Assembly: GCA_014190575.1 (NCBI GenBank)
Contig: BJGQ01000001.1
Location: forward strand, 123,664-187,663
DNA: 64,000 bases
DNA from: Bacteroidota bacterium
GTDB taxonomy: Bacteria > Bacteroidota > Bacteroidia > Chitinophagales > UBA10324
Direction of reading: 5' to 3'
Position numbers and translations under genes: made by a program. Below, one piece after another: positions 1 to 7,929 of this stretch. The notes under the pieces are model-generated. The model did no database searches. It was not told the DNA's origin and saw nothing but the letters and a program-made list of their open reading frames with translations. Position 1 is the first letter of the stretch. Each line of letters starts with the position of its first letter.

Positions 1-2
1 CA

Positions 3-1595
3 TCAGCAAGTTTGAATTTAACTTCGGGTACGAGTGTGGTTGCAACTCCATCATCGACTACAACTTATACCATAACTGGAACATCAAATGGTTGTTCGAA
101 TACAAAAACAATTTCGGTTTCAGTTAACACAACTCCTGTAATTTCTTCTTCTCCAAACACAAGTATTTGCACAGGTTCATCTACTACGCTGACTGCAAGC
201 GGAGCAACAACCTATACATGGTCACCGTCGGCCGGTTTAAATATTACAACCGGTACGAGTGTAAATGCGAATCCTGTTTTATCAAATACCTACACTGTTA
301 CCGGAACTTCAAATGGTTGTTCAAATTCAAAAACAATTACAGTTTCAGTTTCATCGAGTTTGGTTTTAAGTGTTAGTGGAACAACTACAATTTGTTCTGG
401 GAGTTCAACTTCATTAACTGTTTCAGGAGCTTCAAATTATACCTGGTCTCCTTCCACAGCATTGAATACAACAACAGGAGCAACAGTTTCTTCTACACCA
501 ATTTCAAATATCACTTACACCATCACAGGAACTTCGGGGGCATGCAATGCAAACAAAACAGTTGTTTTGACAGTTAATTCTTTGCCAACAATTTCAGTGA
601 GCGGTAATTCAACAACATGCTCAGGTACGAGTGTAAGTTTAACAGCAAGTGGCGCATCAACTTACTCATGGTCACCATCAACAGGTTTGAATTTAACTAC
701 CGGTTCAATTGTAATTGCAAATCCTGTTTCTACAATCACCTATTCAGTTACCGGGACAGCAGCAAATGGATGTACTAAAACTTCTACCAAAATAATAACA
801 GTAAATGTGTTGCCTTCGTTAACCTATACTTCCATCAACCCAACAAGCGGACAATCAAACGGAGCAATAAATATTACAGTAAGTGGCGGACAAACTCCAT
901 ATACTTATCTGTGGAGTAATGGTGCTACAACTGAAGACCTTACTACTGTTGCAGCTGGAACATTTACGATTACGGTAACTTCTTCAGGTGGCTGCATTAA
1001 AACACAAAGTGTAATTCTTACGAATACAAGTTCAAACTGCAATGTAACTTCTACAGCAAGTTTTATGAATACAAATTCAACAAGTACAATTGCCATGTGG
1101 GGAAGTGTAACAGGTGCTTACAAATATAATTTAAGAACCAGACCCGTTGGTTCAACGCTTTGGACTTTGCAATCAACCAATGGAAATAATACAGCTGCAA
1201 CCGTTAGCGGATTAATGCCAACTACACAATATGAAATTCAAATTCAAACACAATGTGATGCAGCCGGAACTAATCTTTCTGCATTTTCTGCTTCTTATAA
1301 TTTCACAACATCAGCGGCTGCAAGAATGGAAGTTATGGAAAATGAAAATAATTTAGACTTTGGTCTTTTTCCAAATCCTACATCTGATATTATTCATCTG
1401 GAACTCTCCAATCAGGGTGAAGAAACTTATGACATCCGCATTTATGATATGGCCGGAAGAGAAATGAAAATTGAATCGATGGAAAAAGGGCAAACGGAAT
1501 TGCTCATCCAACTACAGGATTTCCCGCAGGGATTATACAGTCTGGTAATCATAGGTCAGAACCTGAGAGAAGTTCGAAAGATGCTAAAGCAATAA
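3..1595 (+). CDS. T9SS type-A-CTD secreted repeat protein, 5'-truncated by window edge (Ig-like repeats + SprB-like repeat + FN3-like + sorting domain)
   Basis: The frame is open from base 3. The track start at 12 is an in-frame TTG, and the upstream codons (S-A-S) continue the repeat. There are 3 complete and 1 partial ~77-aa repeats of the form 'ICxGxSxxLxASGAxxYxWSPSxGLNxTTG...YT(V/I)TGTxxxGC'. 'NGAINITVSGGQTPYTYLWSNG' resembles a SprB repeat. 'YKYNLRTRPVGSTLW...QYEIQIQTQC' looks FN3-like. The C-terminus 'FPNPTSDIIHLEL...GLYSLVIIG' resembles the T9SS type A sorting domain. Confidence 0.8.
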   Translation, partial: SASLNLTSGTSVVATPSSTTTYTITGTSNGCSNTKTISVSVNTTPVISSSPNTSICTGSSTTLTASGATTYTWSPSAGLNITTGTSVNANPVLSNTYTVTGTSNGCSNSKTITVSVSSSLVLSVSGTTTICSGSSTSLTVSGASNYTWSPSTALNTTTGATVSSTPISNITYTITGTSGACNANKTVVLTVNSLPTISVSGNSTTCSGTSVSLTASGASTYSWSPSTGLNLTTGSIVIANPVSTITYSVTGTAANGCTKTSTKIITVNVLPSLTYTSINPTSGQSNGAINITVSGGQTPYTYLWSNGATTEDLTTVAAGTFTITVTSSGGCIKTQSVILTNTSSNCNVTSTASFMNTNSTSTIAMWGSVTGAYKYNLRTRPVGSTLWTLQSTNGNNTAATVSGLMPTTQYEIQIQTQCDAAGTNLSAFSASYNFTTSAAARMEVMENENNLDFGLFPNPTSDIIHLELSNQGEETYDIRIYDMAGREMKIESMEKGQTELLIQLQDFPQGLYSLVIIGQNLREVRKMLKQ

Positions 1596-1601
1596 GCTTT
1601 T

Positions 1602-1913
1602 TCAGATATAATTTTCTCTGAACACCATCTCTGTTGGTGACTGAATTCCTGCCAGAGGAATTTGATTTTCGTGTGTGTGTACCGGAATTAATTTGCCCAA
1701 ATCGCTAAAGTCGTTGGCAGGCGAGTTTACAGGATAGATGGTCCAGCCATAGATGGAATCAACATTGTTGAAGTCCTTCTTGCGAATCCAGCAACCCTGC
1801 ATATCGAGTCGAAACAGCTCAGCATCCTGACCATGAATTGGAGAAGCTTTCTCCCAAACCCGTCGGATTAATTGTCCATTTACTTCCATTGCCCGAGTAA
1901 GGTAGTAAAACAT
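1602..1913 (-). CDS. small hypothetical protein; N-terminal half resembles small HNH nucleases but the HNH core looks eroded
   Basis: The ATG at 1913 gives 103 aa (MFYYLTRAMEVNG...). The track ORF extends to 2114 through low-complexity AT-rich sequence. 'RRVWEKASPIHGQDAELFRLDMQGCWIRK...YGWTI' recalls the 'VWEKG..V.G.D...R.D..G..I....YGWEIDHI.P..GG' family. Here 'DHI' is replaced by 'YPV' and the GG/NL.PL elements are absent. Confidence 0.45.
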   Translation of the reverse strand: MFYYLTRAMEVNGQLIRRVWEKASPIHGQDAELFRLDMQGCWIRKKDFNNVDSIYGWTIYPVNSPANDFSDLGKLIPVHTHENQIPLAGIQSPTEMVFRENYI

Positions 1914-2149
1914 TTTATAAATTTTTAAATTATTTGTTAAAGGATGTTGATTACGGAACTTAAATTTTATTCGACTTCGAAAATTTATGAAGTTTAAAAT
2001 TGAATGTGTGTAATACGAACAAGCATGATGTTTTATTACAAATTGAATTGTAAAATTTTTATGACAATCGGAAATCTGATTTTCTCCGTTGGTAAATTGA
2101 AACAACAAAGCCACTACTCGGTCGTTTGAAAGATATAAGTTTACAATAG

Positions 2150-2302
2150 ATGAAAACTCAAATCAAAAATTCAATAAAAAAAATTATTTCTGTTTTAATA
2201 CTCGGAATATTTCTGAGTTCCGTTTTTTCATCTTGTGCCACAACTAAAAAAGATTGCAAGGGGCACACCAAGCATCGGCTGGCTAATGGTGTTTGGTTTT
2301 AA
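2150..2302 (+). CDS. putative small lipoprotein (50 aa), below the ORF-track size cut-off
   Basis: ATG at 2150, TAA at 2300-2302. Translation: MKTQIKNSIKKIISVLILGIFLSSVFSSCATTKKDCKGHTKHRLANGVWF. It has a basic N-terminus, a hydrophobic core and a lipobox-like 'FSSC'. There is no homology evidence. Confidence 0.35.
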   Translation: MKTQIKNSIKKIISVLILGIFLSSVFSSCATTKKDCKGHTKHRLANGVWF

Positions 2303-2435
2303 TTTTTGTTTTCTTCCAATGAAAAATAAACATTTGAATAATTGAACATTTGAATAAAAGAATGTTGAATTATTTGTTGTAGTTAAATAATCCATCCATG
2401 AAATAAATGTTGCTGATTTAAAAGTTCCAGTTTGG

Positions 2436-2498
2436 AAAAAAGTGGAACTTCTGTTTGCGTTAATTGAAGTTCCACTTTTCTTTTTAAAGTGGAACTTC
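2436..2498. terminator. three-arm hairpin element / probable bidirectional terminator between convergent genes
   Basis: Arm 1 'aaaagtggaacttc' (ends at 2451) pairs perfectly over 14 bp with arm 2 'gaagttccactttt' (2466-2479). A T-run follows at 2476-2485. A third copy 'aaagtggaacttc' (2486-2498) can pair with arm 2 instead. The element lies just downstream of the minus-strand stop at 2517. Confidence 0.45.
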
Positions 2499-2516
2499 TA
2501 TAAAAGCGAATATTTT

Positions 2517-3491
2517 TTAACTCTCTCGATCTAACAGTGATTTTGCAAAACTTCTCAATCCGGTTTTACTTATTTCCGGAATATCAATTTCATCTAAAGT
2601 CAGCATCGCATCTTCATAATACTTGAGCATTTCAGTTTCTGCTACATCACGAATATTTAATTCATAATATAAATCCATGATTGCTTTTACTTTTTCTTTA
2701 GGGTCGAAAGTTTTTTTCTCTAACCAATTTGCTAATTGATTTCGCTGTTCAGGATTTGCTTTCTCCATAGCTTCAATCAGCAACAATGTTTTTTTATTTT
2801 GAATAATATCACCACCGGTTTGCTTGCCGAATTTTTTTTCATCACCAAACGAATCGAGAATATCATCTTGCAACTGAAATGCTATTCCTAATTTTTTCCC
2901 GACTTCATACAATCGTTGTGCATCTTCTTCGTTGGCCTCTCCTACTATTGCTCCCATCTTCATTGCACAACCTAACAACACGGCAGTTTTCAGTTCTATC
3001 ATTTTCAAATACTGAGAAACACTTACTGCATTTTCATTTTCAAAATTCATATCCCACTGCTGACCTTCACAAACTTCCATTGCAGTTTTGTTAAACAACT
3101 GTATTAATTTTTCAATTGAACCACCTGAATTTTTTATTAAATATTCATAAGCATACACCAACATACTATCACCGGAAAGTATAGCACTGTTGCTATTATA
3201 TTTTTCGTGAACTGTTGATTGTCCTCTACGCTTCGGGGCATTATCCATAATGTCATCGTGTATCAAAGAGAAATTATGAAACAACTCAACAGCCATTGAT
3301 TGTGGTAATGCCTTCTCTGCATCGTGACTGAACATTTCGCAGCCGAGTAAAACCATTGTAGGTCTCATACGCTTGCCTCCCAATGAAAGTATGTAATTGA
3401 AAGGTTCATATAATTCTTTCGGTTGCTTTTCGAAAGATTGTTTTGCTAAATAGCGATTGAATATTTCCTGTAATTCACTGATTGATTTCAT
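2517..3491 (-). CDS. polyprenyl (isoprenyl) diphosphate synthase family protein
   Basis: 324 aa with an ATG start. The first Asp-rich motif is 'LIHDDIMD' and the second is 'FQLQDDILD', typical of trans-prenyl diphosphate synthases. Chain length cannot be told from the sequence. Confidence 0.9.
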   Translation of the reverse strand: MKSISELQEIFNRYLAKQSFEKQPKELYEPFNYILSLGGKRMRPTMVLLGCEMFSHDAEKALPQSMAVELFHNFSLIHDDIMDNAPKRRGQSTVHEKYNSNSAILSGDSMLVYAYEYLIKNSGGSIEKLIQLFNKTAMEVCEGQQWDMNFENENAVSVSQYLKMIELKTAVLLGCAMKMGAIVGEANEEDAQRLYEVGKKLGIAFQLQDDILDSFGDEKKFGKQTGGDIIQNKKTLLLIEAMEKANPEQRNQLANWLEKKTFDPKEKVKAIMDLYYELNIRDVAETEMLKYYEDAMLTLDEIDIPEISKTGLRSFAKSLLDRES

Positions 3492-3612
3492 CGGTGTAAA
3501 TATCAGTACGAATTTTCAGAAAGTGGATTCGTAATTTTTTTTACTAACAAACAAAGTTTGAATATTTATAACATTGGAAAATTAATGGTTACTAAACCTC
3601 AGAAAATTATTG

Positions 3613-4734
3613 CTAATTTTCATTATTTTCTTTATATAAATTCATCAATTCATCAGCCAATCTTTTACTGTTAAATTTTGCTGAGTGAGCAATAGCCAAA
3701 GCAGACAGTTGTTTATGTAATATCGGTTCATTAATTAATCTTGAAATGGCGCTGGCTGTTTCACTTTCACTCTTTGGATCAATGTATATTGCTCCCTTTC
3801 CTGCTGCTTCTTCCATGCACGAATCTCTTGAAGTAATTGATGGAACACCATGTGTGGCAGCCTCAATCAATGGAATACCAAAACCCTCAATAAGCGAAGT
3901 ATAAATAAATACAAATGCCAGTGAATAAATTACATTCAGATCTTCGTTACCTGCATCATGAATAAATATTATCTTCAAATGAGGAGCATAATCATGCAGG
4001 TAATTTTTTATTTCTTTCAAGTACTTTGTTGGTTTACCTACAACAACAAGCGGAAGGTGTTGTGCTCTTAAATTATTAAGGGCTTTAATAATTGTTAAAA
4101 GGTTTTTTCTTTTTTCAATGGTTCCGACATATAATAAAAATTTTTCCGGAAGGCGAAAACGGGTTTTTACCTCTTCGGTTTTATCTACTGAAATCATTCG
4201 AGTGATATGAGACGGCAATGAAGTGTAAATAACTTTAATCTTGCTATCAGGCACTTTATAAAAATGCATCACCTCTTTTTTTGTTTGCTCGCTTACACAA
4301 ATAATTTTATCAGAATGAATGCAGGCATGTTTTGTTTTGATATCATAAATAATCCGGTCAACAAAAGAATAAAACTCCGGATGCTTTTTAAAAATCACAT
4401 CGTGAATGGTTACAATGGTTTTTGTTTTGGCCCTGTTTAATCCAAATGGCAACTCGTTACTTAAACCATGAAATAAATCAATCTTTAATTTTTTCCAATC
4501 ATTTACCTGCGAATAACTTCTCCAGTATGATTTCAGCAAGGAAGAGGAATAAATGGTTTCAATACTTTTTCTAAATTGAATTTGTTCGAATAATTTATTA
4601 TTCCTGTCAGCTGAAAACAAAAAATAATTTTCATCAGGATAGTATTGAACAAGTGATTCAATGGCAACACGACTATAATTTCCTAAACCAGAAAAATTAT
4701 TAAATGCCCGTTTTGCATCAAAACCTATTTTCAT
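3613..4734 (-). CDS. glycosyltransferase family 4 (GT-B fold)
   Basis: Motifs 'YTSLIEGFGIPLIEAATHGVPSITS' and the E-x7-E-like C-terminal half are typical of GT4. The track start at 4737 is a TTG; the adjacent ATG at 4734 (MKIGFDAKRAF) is the more likely start. Confidence 0.85.
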   Translation of the reverse strand: MKIGFDAKRAFNNFSGLGNYSRVAIESLVQYYPDENYFLFSADRNNKLFEQIQFRKSIETIYSSSLLKSYWRSYSQVNDWKKLKIDLFHGLSNELPFGLNRAKTKTIVTIHDVIFKKHPEFYSFVDRIIYDIKTKHACIHSDKIICVSEQTKKEVMHFYKVPDSKIKVIYTSLPSHITRMISVDKTEEVKTRFRLPEKFLLYVGTIEKRKNLLTIIKALNNLRAQHLPLVVVGKPTKYLKEIKNYLHDYAPHLKIIFIHDAGNEDLNVIYSLAFVFIYTSLIEGFGIPLIEAATHGVPSITSRDSCMEEAAGKGAIYIDPKSESETASAISRLINEPILHKQLSALAIAHSAKFNSKRLADELMNLYKENNEN

Positions 4735-4797
4735 CAATCACTTATTAAACCTTGAATTTTTTACTAATTAACTTTCAATAAAAAACATAAAACATAG

Positions 4798-4881
4798 TGC
4801 CGGCGGAGAGATTCGAACTCTCATGCCCTTGCGGGCGCTGCGTTCTGAGCACAGTATGTCTACCAGTTTCACCACGCCGAC
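4798..4881 (-). tRNA. tRNA-Leu (anticodon CAG), type II with long variable arm
   Basis: The reverse complement is GTCGGCGTGGTGAAACTGGTAGACATACTGTGCTCAGAACGCAGCGCCCGCAAGGGCATGAGAGTTCGAATCTCTCCGCCGGCA. The acceptor stem GTCGGCG pairs with CGCCGGC. The anticodon stem is CTGTG/CGCAG with loop CTCAGAA. The T-arm is GAGAG-TTCGAAT-CTCTC. CCA is not encoded. Confidence 0.9.
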
Positions 4882-5003
4882 TTTTAAGAGCGGCAAATTT
4901 AACGGGAAGATTCAATTGGAGAAATTACGGCTGAATTAATAACTGCCCTTTCAATTTCAATTCATTTATGCAGAATGCAATATCATATCAATCAGAAAAA
5001 AAT

Positions 5004-7811
5004 TTATCTGATAAGTGTTACATCACCGGAATTGGTACGGTTAACTGAAACACTTCGGCCATCCCTGTCTTTCCCTCTGAACATCCAGACAAAAACACCG
5101 GTACTGAATGGTTTACCGTTAAAAGTTCCATCCCAACCTTCATTCTGATCATTGGTATGAAACACCATTTGCCCCCAACGATCAAAAACCATCAATGTAA
5201 AATCTGTCACTACAAAACCTATTGGAAATTCAACTTTGAAAAATTGGTTAACATTATCTCCATTGGGTGTGAATGCAGATGGAACAAAAACATCTGGACA
5301 TTTAATATTAACTAAAACTGTGGCAGTGCCGGTGCAACTTCCTGAAGTTCCTGTTACTGTATAAAGAGTTGTATCAGATGGATCAGCAAGCGGGTTCGGG
5401 CAATCCAGACAACTCAGATGCAAATCAGGCGACCACGAATAGGTATCGGCTCCGCTTGCGTTTAAAGCAACCGGCATTGTCCAGCAGGTGGTGAGTGTAT
5501 CCGGATCAACTGTAATGACTAATGTTGGATTTACAGTTATGAAAATGGTGTTTGAAGTTGCTGGATTGTTGTTTACACAATTTGCATTTGATAACAACAC
5601 ACAGGTAATATTATCACCATCATTAAATACACTTGTATAAGAAGAGCCGGTGTTAGTAATGATTGTACCGTTAACCAACCAGGTAAATACAGGAGCTGTT
5701 CCGCCATTTAAAAATGATGCGGTGATGGTGGCGGTCATGCCTTCGCAAATAGATGTGTTGTCAGCAGATAAAGTTATTGATGCATCAGTTTGTGGTGTTA
5801 CGGCTATTGTAATTGTATTTGAAGTAGCAGGATTATTTGAAACACAATTTGCATTGGAAGTAATAATACAGGTAACCACATCATTATCGGCAAGAGTAGT
5901 TGAACTGAAGGTTGCTGAATTGGTTCCGATATTTACTCCATTCACCTGCCATTGAAATGATGGCGCAGCACCTCCGTTAGTTGGTGTAGCCGTAAACACC
6001 ACTATATCACCAGAGCAAATGGATGTGGATGTTGCCGAAATTAAAACGGATGCCGGAGCACCGGTTGTTACAGTCATTGCAATTGCATTTGAGGTGGCCG
6101 GCGAACCCGAAACACAACTCAGACTTGAAGTCATGATACAGGTTACTACATCGCCATTGTTCAATGTTGTTGAACTGAAAACAGAAGAATTAGTACCTGC
6201 GTTTACTCCGTTCACTTTCCATTGAAAAGTTGAAGCTCCTCCCCCGTTAACCGCAGTTGCAATAAAATTCACCAGATCGCCAAAACAAATTGTTGTGCTA
6301 TCAGCAGTAATCGTAACCGATGCCACCAATCCAGTAGTAACTGTAACAGTAATGGCATTTGAAACATCAGGAGAATTGGTAACACAGTTTGCATTTGAAG
6401 TGAGAATACAGGTAACCACATCACCATTGTTTAAAGTTGATGATGCATAAATGGTTGAATTGCTTCCAACATTGGCTCCATTCAATTGCCATTGATAAGT
6501 TGGATTGGAACCGCCATTGGTTGCTGTTGATGTAAATATTACAGGATCACCCGAACAAATAACCACCGGATTTGGAACTGAGGTAATCGTATCAGAAGCA
6601 ACTACTGATGGTGTAACAATAATAGGAATTGCATTTGAAGTGGCCGGATTTCCTGTTGAACATAAATTACTTGAAGTCATGATACAGGTAACCACATCGC
6701 CGTTATTTAAGGTAGTGGAACTGAATGTTGTACTGTTAGCTCCCACATTACCACTGTTCACCTGCCACTGATAGGATGGAGTATTACCTCCGTTTACGGG
6801 TGTTGCAGTAAAATCAACCTGATCGCCTGAACAAATTGTTGTTGGAGTGTTTGCCACGATGCTTACTAATGCAGGTGCAATTGGATTTACAGTTATTGAT
6901 ACTGCATTTGATGTAGCCGGTGAACCGGTTGCACATGCCAAATTCGAAGTCATGATACAGGTTACCACATCGCCATTATTCAATGTTGTAGTGCTGAACT
7001 GATCGCTGTTGGTTCCAACATTACTTCCGTTTATCTGCCATTGATAATCCGGCGGTGTGCCTCCATTCGTAGGTGTGGCTGTAAAATCTACCTGACCACC
7101 GGTACAGATTGTAGTGATGTTTGCAAATACGCTGACCGATGCAACAACACTTGCGTTCACAGTTATTATTTCTGTATTGGATGTGGCTGGCGAACCAGAA
7201 ACACAATTTGCGTTAGAGGTCATTATACAGGTAACCAAATCGCCGTTTGCTAAAGTTGTAGTACTAAAGGTTGAGCTATTGCTTCCAACATTTCCACCAT
7301 TAACCTGCCATTGATAATTTGGTGTTGAACCGCCATTGAACGGAACTGCTGTAAAGTCAAGTTGTTGATTAGCGCAAATAATATTTTGCGGAGCCGAAAT
7401 AGTTACAGATGCGGTTACGGCAGAGTCAATTTGTAAATCAATTCCATTATCGGTTCCGATCGCTGAAGGGTTATCGCTAGTAACTCTGATTCTGTAAAGA
7501 GTTCCTGCAATTGTATTGCATGGAATAGTTGCAGCTATGCTTCCAATATTCAGTGTGCTTGGGAAACTGCCAATAGAAGTCGGCAGGGCGAAACTTCCTG
7601 CTGCATCTGATAGTTCAGCGGTATAAATATTTCCGGCGTTAAAAATTCCGGTGCTTGTAAACGGAACAGTTATAGCACCACATTGACAAAACGGGCTTCC
7701 GATAATTATGCCGGTGGTAATTGTTTGCGCATTTGCATTTGAAATAAAGAGTAATGAAATTAAAATGGTAATAAAAAATCTGCCGGTTTTATTCATTGAA
7801 ATAAAATTCAT
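5004..7811 (-). CDS. T9SS type-B-CTD (gliding motility-associated C-terminal domain) repeat adhesin-like protein
   Basis: The signal peptide is 'MNKTGRFFITILISLLFISNANAQ'. The start is ambiguous between ATGs at 7811 and 7796; the track starts at 7835. The protein has an N-terminal head ending in 'GTLYRIRVTS', then 7 tandem ~90-aa modules. The C-terminus 'VFVPSAFTPNGDNVNQFF...FDRWGQMVFHT...GWDGTFNGK...SGDVTLIR' matches the type B sorting domain pattern. Confidence 0.85.
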   Translation of the reverse strand: MNFISMNKTGRFFITILISLLFISNANAQTITTGIIIGSPFCQCGAITVPFTSTGIFNAGNIYTAELSDAAGSFALPTSIGSFPSTLNIGSIAATIPCNTIAGTLYRIRVTSDNPSAIGTDNGIDLQIDSAVTASVTISAPQNIICANQQLDFTAVPFNGGSTPNYQWQVNGGNVGSNSSTFSTTTLANGDLVTCIMTSNANCVSGSPATSNTEIITVNASVVASVSVFANITTICTGGQVDFTATPTNGGTPPDYQWQINGSNVGTNSDQFSTTTLNNGDVVTCIMTSNLACATGSPATSNAVSITVNPIAPALVSIVANTPTTICSGDQVDFTATPVNGGNTPSYQWQVNSGNVGANSTTFSSTTLNNGDVVTCIMTSSNLCSTGNPATSNAIPIIVTPSVVASDTITSVPNPVVICSGDPVIFTSTATNGGSNPTYQWQLNGANVGSNSTIYASSTLNNGDVVTCILTSNANCVTNSPDVSNAITVTVTTGLVASVTITADSTTICFGDLVNFIATAVNGGGASTFQWKVNGVNAGTNSSVFSSTTLNNGDVVTCIMTSSLSCVSGSPATSNAIAMTVTTGAPASVLISATSTSICSGDIVVFTATPTNGGAAPSFQWQVNGVNIGTNSATFSSTTLADNDVVTCIITSNANCVSNNPATSNTITIAVTPQTDASITLSADNTSICEGMTATITASFLNGGTAPVFTWLVNGTIITNTGSSYTSVFNDGDNITCVLLSNANCVNNNPATSNTIFITVNPTLVITVDPDTLTTCWTMPVALNASGADTYSWSPDLHLSCLDCPNPLADPSDTTLYTVTGTSGSCTGTATVLVNIKCPDVFVPSAFTPNGDNVNQFFKVEFPIGFVVTDFTLMVFDRWGQMVFHTNDQNEGWDGTFNGKPFSTGVFVWMFRGKDRDGRSVSVNRTNSGDVTLIR
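5510..7424 (-). repeat. 7 tandem in-frame coding repeats, period ~270-276 bp
   Basis: The module is 'ICxGDxVxFTATPxNGGxxPxYQWQVNGxNVGxNSxxFSSTTLNNGDVVTCIMTSxxxCxxGxPATSNAIxITV'. The '(Y/F)QWQ' anchors are about 90 aa apart. The antisense track ORFs ending at 5955, 6225, 6771 and 7314 (spacing 270, 546 and 543 bp) reflect the same periodicity. Boundaries are approximate. Confidence 0.7.
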
Positions 7812-7929
7812 TTTTAAAATTCTGAAGAAGCACAAAATTAACTCACAGAAAGTGTATTTCTGATTTTCGAATTGAACACTAAATTACTTGTTCATGCTAA
7901 GATTCGTTCAAAAAAGAAAGTAAAAAATA

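Noticed and set aside
1914-2114. Upstream 67-codon extension of the 1602-2114 track ORF
   Set aside because: The extension is low-complexity, AT-rich and Lys/Phe/Asn-rich sequence with no homology-like pattern. The ATG at 1913 begins the conserved part.
4738-5003. tRNA-Leu(CAG) as an integration site for a genomic island carrying the adhesin gene
   Set aside because: There is no integrase, no direct repeat of the tRNA 3' end that I could find nearby, and no mobility genes anywhere in the window.
5650-7314. Plus-strand ORFs (5650-5955, 6019-6225, 6505-6771, 7041-7253, 7114-7314) and the minus out-of-frame ORF at 7021-7206, all inside the 5004-7811 gene
   Set aside because: They recur in phase with the 270-bp coding repeat and have related sequences ('...QVTTSPLF.VVELK...FTPFTCH'). 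They are the reverse-complement reading of the T/S/G/N-rich repeat. They have no independent start context and no motif.
5510-7424. Possible CRISPR-like or other non-coding periodic array, suggested by the strict periodicity
   Set aside because: The period is ~270 bp with no unique spacers, and it lies entirely in frame within a long ORF encoding a conserved protein module. No cas genes are present in the window.
7846-7862. Small hairpin 'cagaaa-gtgta-tttctg' between the FkbM gene and the adhesin gene
   Set aside because: The stem is only 6 bp with no convincing T-run, which is too weak to call a terminator or regulatory element.
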